Of a stretch of DNA of 64,000 bases, positions 25,691-37,384 are shown one piece after another; the first letter of the stretch is position 1; the number at the start of each line of letters is the position of its first letter. This stretch comes from Glaucostegus cemiculus (taxonomy: Eukaryota). The stretch covers positions 36,890,001-36,954,000 of the forward strand of contig CDPCPM010000054.1 in NCBI GenBank assembly GCA_976551045.1. The letters run 5' to 3'. The notes below the pieces were generated by a model. It saw only the letters and a program-made list of their open reading frames with translations. It had not been told where the DNA came from and searched no databases. The position numbers were made by a program, and so were the translations under genes.

Positions 25691-27329
25691 AACACCAATA
25701 CTTAATTAGTAACGAAGGACAACTCAAAGGCAGTCATGTGCCACAAGATCACCGAACACAAAAAGTTTGGCCTGCAACCTTAAAATCTGCTGGCATATTC
25801 TAACGGGACCATACTCAAGAAATACCTGTTTTCCTGTTAAATGTCACCAGTGGCCCCAGCAGTGGGAGGCTGGTTGAGAGGCTGAGCTCACTCAGAACTG
25901 ACAGGAAGGAGCAGATGCATCGGTTGTCACTGTTTTGTGATATTCAAAGTGAGTGGACATGACTCCCACTGGATTAGGATACATTTTTATTTAATGCCAC
26001 ATCTTGTGTGCTATTTTACACGTTAACCTTCTATTTATTTTCTCAATTCCTTTTTGTCTCTCTGTGCCCCTCCTCTGAAAGTGGCTGACTGATCATGTAC
26101 AGGTATGGAAGTCCTATTTACCTTTGTTCTATTGCTAATGATGCATATCAGTCCTGGGAACAGTTGTGGGGATAGGTGTGTGGAGGCAGTTGTAGTGGCT
26201 ACAAGTGAGTTACATCCAAACTTAGTCCTGTCCTAGCACAATATCAGTGCATTTCCAGCACAGATGACCATAAGGAGGAAAAATTGGTTGAAGGTTTTCT
26301 CTCCACAACACACCTATGATGTTAGCCCATGCTGGAGTCAACAAGGTTTGTCAGTTTGTGTATTCAGTATGTAAACCATTGGGGGAGCTTTAATTTTCAG
26401 GTTGCTAATGGCATGGACGTAATATCTGGAGAATAATACATCCATCTTCAATTTTTTTGGTGCATTATTTTTATTAATTGGCTTATGAAAAAAGGATAAT
26501 GGTTTTCTTTACACGGAAAGTATTACCTACCCATGAGATCAAGGACCATGAATGAACTTCATATTTGGCATCTCCAGATTTACAAGCAATTTTAGAGGAA
26601 CTGATCGCAAAAATTAAAATGATAACCCAATAAAGGCACATGCCTGGGCAATGCAGAGTAGGCTATGTGAATTTATCTGAAGGGTGCAGGATCAAAGCCA
26701 TGCCAGAATGATAGGGTATGTCTTCTCCTGATTGCTTTTAGCATTATTTGAAATGATTCTCACCGAGATGAGCCACAAGGATGGGTAGATGTGGACGATA
26801 ATCGTATTGTACTGGTGTAATAATGGATTTCCTCCAACCTTGGGACAAAAACACTTTGAATGTTAACACACTATCAGCTTTGTCTGGACTCCTAATCTAC
26901 ACCCAACCTGAAAATGCTTGGCTAAGGACAGTGAGTAATGAACACATTCATCAGCATTGAAATCTCCTCACTTAGTAAGATAAAGAGAGCAGGATGATCT
27001 TTTTATAACAGAATACTTCAAAATTTAAAGGTCTTGTTTATGTCGTATGTAATAGTTAGCTTTAACTCTTCTGGAATGAAAATCTGATGCAATTGAAGTA
27101 CTTTGAACATGTTGATCCGTACAGTGGTGTGCTGGAGAGAATCATTCCTCAAATAAATTTACAGGGGCGTGTGGAAAGAAAGGGGTGGGTGGGGGCAGAC
27201 TAACTGGTACACCTGGGGACCCTTGAGTTAGATCAAAATTTTATGCAAGTTATTGGGTATCTGGGAAAATTCCCCATAAACTCTGGATCACACAAAAGGC
27301 CTGTATCTGGGCACTTAAACCTACATCTT

Positions 27330-27900
27330 CCAGGCTGCAGGTTTAAATTGGATGGCAGGGTATGCAGGAGCAATAAACAATCTGCTGGAGGAAATCTGTG
27401 ATAAAATTGACAAGTGCAGGAAGTGGCACCAATGGAGTCATTGATGTAACAGAGAAAGCGATGGAGAGTGATACCAGAGAAGGTTTGGAACAAGGACATA
27501 GCCAATGAAAATACAGGTGCACCTAGAGTCCATGCAAGTGCCCATGGCTACACCTTTGATTTGCAAGAAGTGAGAGCTATCAAAAGACATTGTTCAGGGT
27601 GAGAACAAGTTCAGTCAGGCAGATGAGTGTTGGTGGAGGGGAACTGGTTGGATCTTTGTTGCAGAAAGAAGCAGAGGGCCTTAGGCCCGCCCTAATGGGG
27701 GATGGCAGTGTATAAAGACTGGATATCCATAGTGAAGATGAGGCAATGGGGGCCAGGGAATCGGAAGTCATCAAACCGGTGGAGGACATACGAGGTGTCC
27801 CTGATGTAGGTTGGAAGGGACTGGACAAGGGGTTACAGGATGGAGTCTAGGTTTGAGGAGATGGATTCACTAGGACAAGGGCAGGTAGAAACCACAGGGA
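27330..27900 (-). mobile_element. Penelope-like reverse transcriptase fragment
   Basis: ICLTELVLTLNN, HFLQIKGVAMGT and CYINDSIGA (degenerate YIDD) are Penelope RT motifs. Confidence 0.8.
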
Positions 27901-30900
27901 AAACATGTGCCAGACTGAAGCCTCTATCCTGGAGGGTCTCAGGGTCAAGGAAGATTAACTGAACAGTCCTTTCAAGGAATGGCTTTGTTGGATGGCCTAC
28001 TTCTGTGCTGTAAAATTCTGCATCTCACCATTTAGAAGTCAGTGTCCTGCATCACAGACAAGAACTTCAGAGTCTATAAAGCTTTATGTTGATCAGGAAA
28101 ACATCCTTTATGTTTGGATCCTGTGGATATTTGTCAGCCTGATGCAATATAAAAGATAAATAATTGATACACTTTGTTCCAAGTAGAACTTCAAAGGCAG
28201 TATGAAGCTTAACTTGGATGGATGTGCCCTGAGTCAGCAGGGGAAGCAGGAGGCTTCATAGCAGGTTGCCACTAAACACCCACACAACATTATGCAATGG
28301 CACTGTGTTCAGGGTCTTGTTTCATTCTGAATTTTAGAGATTATAGGGTCCAAAAGGAAACGATATTTTGTAAATATCCACATTACAATAGTGATTATGT
28401 TTCAAAAAGTACCTCATGAACTGGTAAAGTATATTGAAAAGCCTTGAAGTACCATATAAATGGATGGACTTTCTTTATCTGCTGTGTTACTCATTCATAT
28501 AAAGGCAATACTTTTTATGGTTTAAACTACATAAGTCAATTTATTCTTTCATGCGTTGTGGGCATTGCTGGCAAGGTTGGCAGTTATAACCCCTGAACAG
28601 TCTACTCTGCTACATCAGGAGTTAGTTGTGGGTCAACTATCTTGCTTTGGCTTTGGATCATACAACAGTGAGCAGAAAAGTTTTATGGTGACGAATACTA
28701 GTTTTTATTAAATTCTAAGATTGGCTAATTAACTGAATTAAACTGTGCAAATACCACAGTGGGATTTGACCTGGTCTCCATGTTAACAGTCCAGGTTCCT
28801 GGGTTACTAATACAATAACATAACCACTTTCCCACTCTACCTTGGAGTTCCTTCCCATCTGAAGTTAAGGAAATCACTTGTGGTGCTTGGTAACAGTATT
28901 AATAACACCAGAGGTTTCTCATTTGACATCAGATATGCAAGGTTTATGTGCATTTGAACCAAGGTTTCATTTGCAAGCTTTCATGGAAGCAGCAAAGGAA
29001 TCACTGATGGAGAACTGGACATCCATTACAATATTATAGAAACTAATTTTTAAGCCGACGAAAGGGGAACCAGAAATACTTTGAGGTGATGCTGACTCAG
29101 TAGCAGTGAGTCATTGCTGACTCAACCCACATGAGCCTAATGCTTCCAATGTTGACAGTTGTATTAATTGCTTCCGTTCAAGCATAACCCTAACCGTGTA
29201 CTAACGGGGGATAGAGTTTGAAATGGTAAACAAACCACAACCTTTTTTGCTAAAACCTACATATTAGTGACATATTTAACACCCAATAACATTACATGTG
29301 GGCAGCAGTGATTAATGGTAATTGCACAGTCTGGCAGGGAAGAGCTCAATTAATGTACAGTACATTTATCACTGCCCACATCACTATTATAGTCAATGGA
29401 TTAGGAAGTCAAGATTGCCACCCCAACAGGCAAACTGTTCATCTGCTTCTCATTAGTGAAATACTATTAACCTACTTTCAGAGGTATTGGATTTGAATGT
29501 CTGGTGTCAGATTACTGTTCTGCACAATTTGAAATGAAATGATTCCCGGCATCTGCAACAGGGAGCTGACTCACTCAATTGAAACAGATGACTGCAAGGG
29601 CAAAGGCAACCCAGGGACTTGTACACATCTTTATAGTAGGGAGCAGAACCACATGTGATTGTGTTACAAAGAGCTGATCAAGTCTCAACATTCTGAATTT
29701 ATCTGAAAGTACTTTTAAACCCAGGTTCTTAGAAATACATGCAACAGATGTCTCCCATTTATGAATTTAGGGGCATTTGATTTTAATAAAAACATAAGAA
29801 ATCACTCGTGATGTGACTTTTATAGCAATGCAACCATTCTTTAGATACTTAATGAGGGCAGTTGTTCTCTCAGTCATACTGAGAGATATAGAACACAAAA
29901 GCAGGCCCCTTGGCCCACGAAGTCTGTGCCCATCATCAACCACGCATTTACACTAATCCTACCTAAATTCCATTATATTTTTTGCTATATTCTTATTAAA
30001 TCCCCCCAGGTTCTACCACTCACCTACTAGGGGCAATTTACAGTGGCCAATTAACATACCAATCCGCACATCTTTGGGATGTGGGAGGAAATCCAGAGGT
30101 AACCCACATGGTCACTGGGAGAATGAGCAAACTCCACAGAGACGGTATCCAAGGTCAGGATTGAACCCAGGTCTCTGGCACTGTGAGGCAGTGGCTCTAC
30201 CAGCTGCAACTCTGTCACCAGATATCCTGTTTCTCAGTAAATGTGTATTTTTAAGAGAAAACCTACTATGTCTGACATCAAGACTCACTACAATCCTTTT
30301 TGAGAGTCATGCAACCAGGCTGCTTCAGTTTTGAGTGGCTTGATGTTCATAAGTAGTTTTGTCACCCTGTCATGGTGACATTCCACCACTGATGTCTATT
30401 CAAGGGTTTGGTAGCTGATGGTTTCTAGTCTCTCAATTTACAGGTCGGTTGTGGGGGAAATTCTGCTGCAATTCCTTGATTTCCAAAAAGTCAAAGCAAA
30501 ATTGTCTCAAAATTAAAAATCCACAATCAAAATCACACTCTCAAAAGTAAACTTAAAAGACACATAATCCTAAAATTTAATTAGCGAGTCATGAGTTTCA
30601 TGGAAAACTGTGCCCTATGAGGAGAAATTAAACAGACTGGGCTTAAACTCTCTTGAGTTTAGAGGAATGAGGGTGATCTCATTGAAACAAAATTCTTAAA
30701 GGGCTTGACAGAATAAATGCAAGAAGGATGTTTCCATTGTCAGTTACAGTCACTATGTTTTAAGAGACATTAAGACAGGCAGAATATGCAAGGCTTAGAA
30801 GGATACAGATCTAATGCAGGCAAATTGGAATAGTGTAGATAGACAAAAAGGTCAGCATGGATTTGGTGGGCTGAAGGGCCTGCTTCTGTGCTGTACAACT

Positions 30901-33900
30901 CTGTTAGGGAGTCTAGAACCGGGGGTCACAGTCTCAAAATAACAGGTGGCCATTCAGAACAAAGATGAGAAGAAATTTCTTCATCTGAAGGTCAATGAAC
31001 CTTCAGAAATCTCTACTCAAGGTTCAGTAATGAAGTATATTCAAACCAAAGATTGACAGGTTTTTGGATGTAAAGGGATCAAGGTTTAGAGGGATCTGGG
31101 CCAAATGGGACTAATTTGGTGGGGACCATGGTCGAGTAGGGTTGAGGGGCCTGTTTGCATTGCTGTATTCCTGTGACTCTATGAATCAAGTGATCGGGGA
31201 GTAATGCAGGAAAGTAAACAAGAAGTTGTGACCTCATTGAATGGTGGCACAGGCACGACAAACCTAATGTCTGTCTTCTGCATCTGATCTTCTTAACAAA
31301 CCACCTCCTTTGCTTTATAAAGGCAGGGATCCTTTAGAAGCAATATTCCAATCACCTGTTGGGTGAAGGGAATCTGGCCTGACACCACTGCGTGTCCTAA
31401 TGCAAGGACAAGAGTTGGTCGCTAAGGTGCCAACCTCATCTAATACAAGGTTATTAAACATCTACTGGTGTGACCAGTCTGTCTGTTTATCTCAGAGAAC
31501 CTTGCCACAGGGGTATCAAGCCAAAGCAGAGGTTAAAAATACAAGGAAAACATCTGGCTGCAGCGGGGTTGCCATTGGTTGAGGGACTGTAGGAAGAAAA
31601 TAATGGGAATTTTAAATAATGCAGTATTGTAGCTTCAAATCTATTTCCTACTTTTTAATCATTTTTCACCCCTCACTCCTATTTTTTTCTGTACTTTGGG
31701 TTTTGCAGTACATTAAATTTCATTTGCTGCATTTCCAAAGTAACTGCTATTCCTATATTTCTTCATGCTTCCCTTCAAAGTGCCGAATGCTGTATATCAA
31801 TCCGGCTAATCACTTCACCAGCACATTGTGTTTAATGAAAAACTCTCAGCATGGAACTAAGTTCTGACTGATGTGGTGCTGCGTTTGAAGTTTGTTTTTC
31901 CTTATTCATTTTTGAAGGCTTCATTCAGTGCATCTCTTTCATGCATTGTCTATTCCCAGTATGCCACGCAGATTTGAAGATGTATTGATTGCTTAAAGAA
32001 GGAGACTAGAACTGCAAAACTATATATAGATTAACACCATCTTGGAGCCAATTTATTGCAGCCCATGTTTCTGCTCTTTTCACAAGGCCATAAGAGGAAG
32101 TTGGAATAATCTCAGTGCTAAAGGAATGTTAAGGACATCATGAATAATACAATTTGTTCCACTATTCATGACACTAATATTCCTTTATTTTGTAACCTCC
32201 AAAGCTATTCTAACCTTCTGCAGCTGGGAACGGAAAATAAATTGGCTGATAGTTAGAAAACAGTGGGTACTTGTTATAGGTGTAATATCAGTGTTAGAAG
32301 TTGTGCTGAGCTGAATGCCTCAGGGATTGTGTTGAGATCACCACAATTTTAATTTAGGAACATGAGAAGTGAAATCAGGAGTATGCCATTTGCCCCTTGT
32401 GCCTGCTCTGCCAATCAATAAGATCGTGGTTAATCCTCTACCTCAACTTCACTCTCTCATCTGAACCCCCTCTCTCTCCATTCCCTTTGGAGACAAAAAA
32501 ATCTATCATTCTCTTGTAAATGCTCAATGATTGAATGCACAGAGCACTCTGGGATAAAGAATCCATATGTATTTCCAAAGAGTCTTGAAAAAATCATTTC
32601 TCATCATCTCACTTCCATTTTGGCTTTGCCTTCTAGTTTGAAGTTGTCCAGACCAAGGAAACAACCTTCGGTTACATCAATAACTTGGATTCAGAAACTC
32701 AGTGACAGCTGACTAAATTAGTTAACTGTGTCAAACTTGGAGATATCAGGTGAATCTACAGAGGCAGCAGTGGATGAATTAGTCCAATCTATATATGAAA
32801 AGAACAATGGCAGAAGGAATACATTGATAATACATCAGTCCCGGGATGGCAGGATTCATGTCTGAAGAGAGATTGTGTCAATTAGGATTACATTCATTAC
32901 ATTTGAGAAGAATGAGAGGTGATCACATAGAAACTTACAACATTTTCTCAGAACTGGGTAGATATAATTCAGGAAGGATGTTCCTGATGGAGAGGGAGAT
33001 CAGAACTAGGTATCACGCTCTAAGGATAAGGATTAAGCCATTTAAGATTGGGATGAGGAGAAAATTCCTCTCCCAGAGAGTGGTGAACTTATGGAATTCT
33101 CTACCACAGAAGTCAGCTGAGGCCAAATCATTAAATATATTCAAGAAGGAATTAGATATTATTATCAGGGCTAGAGTGATCAAGGGCTGTATACTGAATT
33201 TGGATGATCAGCCATGGTCATATAGAATGTCAGAGCAGGACTGAAGGGCTGAATGGCTTCTTCATGTTCGTATTCCTATGTTTTATTGAAAGTGTAGGTA
33301 CCTTGTGTTGGAAAGACATTTGGGCAGCACATGAATAGGTTGAAATAATTAAGCATGATGCTGAATGATATCAGGATTTGTGAGTGAACTTGATTTTTAA
33401 ATAAAAACAACAAATTGCTGGAAAGATTCAGCAGGTCAGGCAGCATCTATGGAAAGAGAAACAGAGTTAATGCTTCAGGTTGATGAACTTTTGTCAGTAT
33501 TGCAAAAGGGAGAAACTAAGCTAATTTTCGGCTGCACAAGAGCAATGAGATGAGGGCAGTTAGAGAGTGAGAATTCAGACAAAAAGAAATGTAAGAAGTT
33601 GTGAAATCCAGGGTGGTAGGACAAGCCCAAAGGGTCAGGCTGTGCTCGTAGAGGGAGAAAAACTGAGTCAATATCACAGATGGGTCACTTACAGCAGAAA
33701 TGCCAGTTCTATACAGACAAAGCGAGTTCTCTGAAGTTGTCGAATTCACTATCGAGTCCAGAAGACGACAGTGTGTCCAGACGAAAGATGAGGCTTTGGA
33801 GTCATACAGCATAGGAACAGGCATCTTGGCCTACGACGTCCAAGAAGATCCTTTTTGCCCAAATACACTAATCCCATTTGCTCGCAGTTGGACTGCATAC

Positions 33901-35934
33901 CTCCATGTCCTCTTCATTTAAATGTCTGATCTAATTTTACCACCTCCTGTGGCAGCATGTTCCAGATATCAACCCCTTGCTCCTCAAGTTTACATGGGGC
34001 ATGTTATAACAGTGCAGGAGGCCATTGATATTACAGTTGGCCATGGACTGAATTCCATTCCCACTCTGACTTGCTGAGCTTTTCCAGCATTTTGCATTTT
34101 TATTTCAGATTTCCAGCATCTGCAGTTTTTTTGATTTGTAATTTCTGGTCCCTTAACAATGCAGTCACTGAGAAACAGCAATTTAGAAATCATGCAGAAT
34201 GCTGAATTTCATTGTCAAGACAGAAGAGCGTGAGTCAAAGGGTGCAGTGATAAAATGTTACATTGCTCTGGTCAGAATATACATGTACCTGCTGTCTAAA
34301 AACACCAAGTAAACATATTTGACTGGCACAGGCATCGGTCACAAATGTTCTCAAGGGCTTTCTTGATCATTCACCACTTTTATCTGAAGTATCCATCGAT
34401 CTTCTGGTGCCGTTATGGTGACTGATCAGCAGGAAACTCCCAGCAGTACTTCCTTCCCATCGATCTGGGCTTAACTCAGATTCAACCTCCCGAAACTTTA
34501 GGCTAAATGTTTTCTAAATTACAACAGTAACTGCACTTAAGTACTTTATTGACTGAAATGCCTTGAAATGTCCTGATGTGAACAACACTATGTAAAGGCT
34601 ATTTCTTTCTTCTAGACTTCTTTCAAATCGGGATCAGGCATTTTGGATAACACAAATGCTGTTCCATACAAAAGCTTCAAAGTACGATAATTCTAACTAA
34701 AATGAAGAAAGAATAACTGAACCAGCTATTCCAGAATCCTGCTTTATTAATTTGGAGTCAGGGCTGTTGACACACATGGCATGAGTGCACATTGTATTTG
34801 TGTTGTACTGGCTTCCAAATTAATGTCACAGTCAGGTGCCTCACTTTAAACAATGTGTACCACCTGGGACTATTTGTACTGGAAAAAACAGTCCACAGTG
34901 AAACCAAGGGAATTGCAAAATGACAGTTTTCATGTGGAAAAAAGAAATGCAATAACAAAAGTCTAATTTTTTTTGCATTAGAGTGATTGAGATCATTTTC
35001 TAGGGGACTGGGTCTATGAAAACTCTTAAGAGAATGACCATATTTAGAGAACATATGTGATTCAACATTTCTACTGCAATAAATAGTTGACATTATTAAA
35101 GCCTTATCTTATTGGAAAAGTTAATTTAAATATTTAGCTGCCTTTAAATACTTTAGCCTTCATATGAGCAATCTTTTCCGAACAGAGTTCTGCTGATACA
35201 AGCACCAGGTTGCTGTGTTCATTTAAAGAAATAGATTTTCAGAGCTCCCTTAAGGCTAGGAAAATTTCCCAGTGAGCAGTGTGACCATGGCTTTGATTTC
35301 TGCTTTGACCTGAGTGAGCAGATCTCAGCTGGGTTGGTATCACAGGTTTAGTTTGGTATGTTTGAGTGAGAGATCCATATTCCTCACTGCTATTGATCCA
35401 ATACACTGCAAATATGTTTCTGTGTGGCAGAAGATCCACCTGCTAATGCTCATTGAAAGTGACATGTGAATAATGCCCATGGAACAAGGTAAGTCTGGGG
35501 AAGATTTGAAGATGGTTTCTGTCTAACACTATCTTGTATGTACTTCAAGAGGTAGATAGAGAAAAGTTCGATAGAGAAAAGCTGTTCTCATCGACCAAGT
35601 CTTCCAAGGATCAGAAATACAGATTTGAAGAGTTGGGGCAAAAATATGGGAGTGGTGGTGAGAGGAACAACAAGACACACTGTTGGAAACAGTGTATCAG
35701 GTCTTCTAATAGGGTGAACATTTGAGGAAATATGATTTGCAGGATTGTGGGGAAAGTATGGGTGAATGGGACTCCTGGAAGTGCTCTACAATGAGCATGT
35801 ACAAACTCAATGGGCTGAATGGCTGTGACAATTCTATGACTAAGTATATTAAAAGATGATGACCACTGACTTTGAAATCAACAAAGGATTTTGCCTGCTG
35901 CAGTGAAAAGTTCTTTTTACAAAAAAGATTATCA

Positions 35935-36480
35935 CACAAGACAGCACAGTACAGGCCCTTCAGCCCACAATGTTGTGCCGACATTTTATCTTGCTCTAAA
36001 ACCATAGAACAATACAGCACAAAACAGGCCCTTTGGCCCACCAAGTTGTGCAATCCTTCAAATGTCTCACAATCTAACTCTTTCCTCCCACATATCCTAC
36101 TATTCCACATTCTTCCATGTGCCTATCCAACAATCTCTTGAACCTGTCCAACGTATCTGCCTCTACTACCACCCCAGGCAGCGCATTCCATGCGCCAACC
36201 ACTCTCTGGGTGAAAAACTTCCCTCTGACATCTTGCTCTAAGATCCATCTAACTCTTCTCTCCCACACAGCCCCCTATTTTTCTATTATTCATGTGTTTA
36301 TCTAAGAGCCTCTTAAATGTCCCTAATGTATCTGCCCCCACAACCTCTGCAGGCAACGCGTTCCATGCACCCATCTCTCTCTGTGTAAAAAAAAAACTTA
36401 CCCCTGACATCCCCCTTATACCTTCCTCCAATCACCTCAAAATTATGTCCCCTCACGTTAGCCATTGTTGCACTAGACAA
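35935..36480 (-). mobile_element. Two nested CR1 3' ends
   Basis: Two FFTQR..GAWNALP..VV.ADTL..FKRLLD segments; the inner copy is flanked by the direct repeat atcttgctctaa. Confidence 0.9.
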
Positions 36481-36919
36481 AATCTAATGCTTTTTTTGCC
36501 CAGCCGCTTGTTGAAATGTGAGGACTGGCTGAACAAGGATGAAGACTTGGTTTCATTAGGCTAGGCCAGAACAGGAACCCTGGAGTGGCTAGGGAAGGAA
36601 TGGATAGAACCACATTGGACCTGGAAGCTGGGACTGGATATCATGGGAGAATAAACATCAGAGGCTTGCAAACAATCACCATGTCTCAATGCTGGACAGA
36701 TTTTGCTTATTTCTTTAAAATTCCTTTTATTTCTTCTTTTGCTGTTAAATAGTATTTGAATTTTACTCTGTCTGACAATGTTTTTCTAAATGTCAACAGT
36801 TTAATATGTGCAGTACTGGCGAGGCTCCAAAAGGCATCAAACTTGATTCCAAAGTAAAAATCAGTTGGCAGTATTGTTTTATCAAGGTTTCCGTGTGACA
36901 ACCTTCATTCAGGCATATT

Positions 36920-37218
36920 GGAAGCCATTCAACCCTTAAAGCCTATGCTAACAATCCCATCAATTTCATTCCCCCACTTATTTCCCTGCATCCCACTCTC
37001 TCACATGCCATTAGCTTCTCCTACTAGTGGTAATTTAAAGTAGCCAATTCACCCACCAGCATGTCTTTGGGGTGAGCAATGAAACTGGAATCCTCAGGTA
37101 AAACCCACGTGATCATGGGGAGAACATGCACACTCCACATAGATAGCGGCGGAGGTCAGGATTGAACCTGGGCCACTGGAGTTGTGGGGCAGCAGCTCTC
37201 CCCGCTGTGCCACTGGTT
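36920..37218 (-). mobile_element. tRNA-derived V-SINE/HE1-like SINE; copies at ~19070-19185, 29890-30220, 43130-43370 (+), 47990-48285, 51025-51210
   Basis: A box TGGCACAGCGG (37212-37202), B box GGTTCAATCC (37168-37159), V-type core GTGGAGTGTGCATGTTCTCCCC, CR1-like tail. Confidence 0.8.
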
Positions 37219-37237
37219 CGGTTGAATATGTTCTTAC

Positions 37238-37384
37238 CTCCCTCGTTGTCCTTGCTATCTGAGCACGCTGTCTCCATGGCAACATCGCAACCTGCTCCTC
37301 TCCAACCCATCTGGCAAACACAATGCCAGCCATTTTGGTCAAGAGTACATCTTCCATTGCTATTGCAAAGGCCAGGACAACCCT
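37238..37384 (-). CDS. TENM3: Teneurin-3 exon, EGF8 and start of Cys-rich region (147 nt, phase 1-1)
   Basis: ttttcacag|AGGGTTGT...GAGGGAG|gtaaga; [49 protein letters not shown]; the [13 protein letters not shown] and DVAMET residues are TENM3-type. Confidence 0.97.

Noticed and set aside
32846-33244. 132-aa ORF as an intact gene
   Set aside because: It is the C-terminal remnant of CR1 ORF2.
37155-37218. tRNA gene
   Set aside because: The A/B boxes run straight into a SINE core and LINE-like tail, with several dispersed copies; no cloverleaf is evident.
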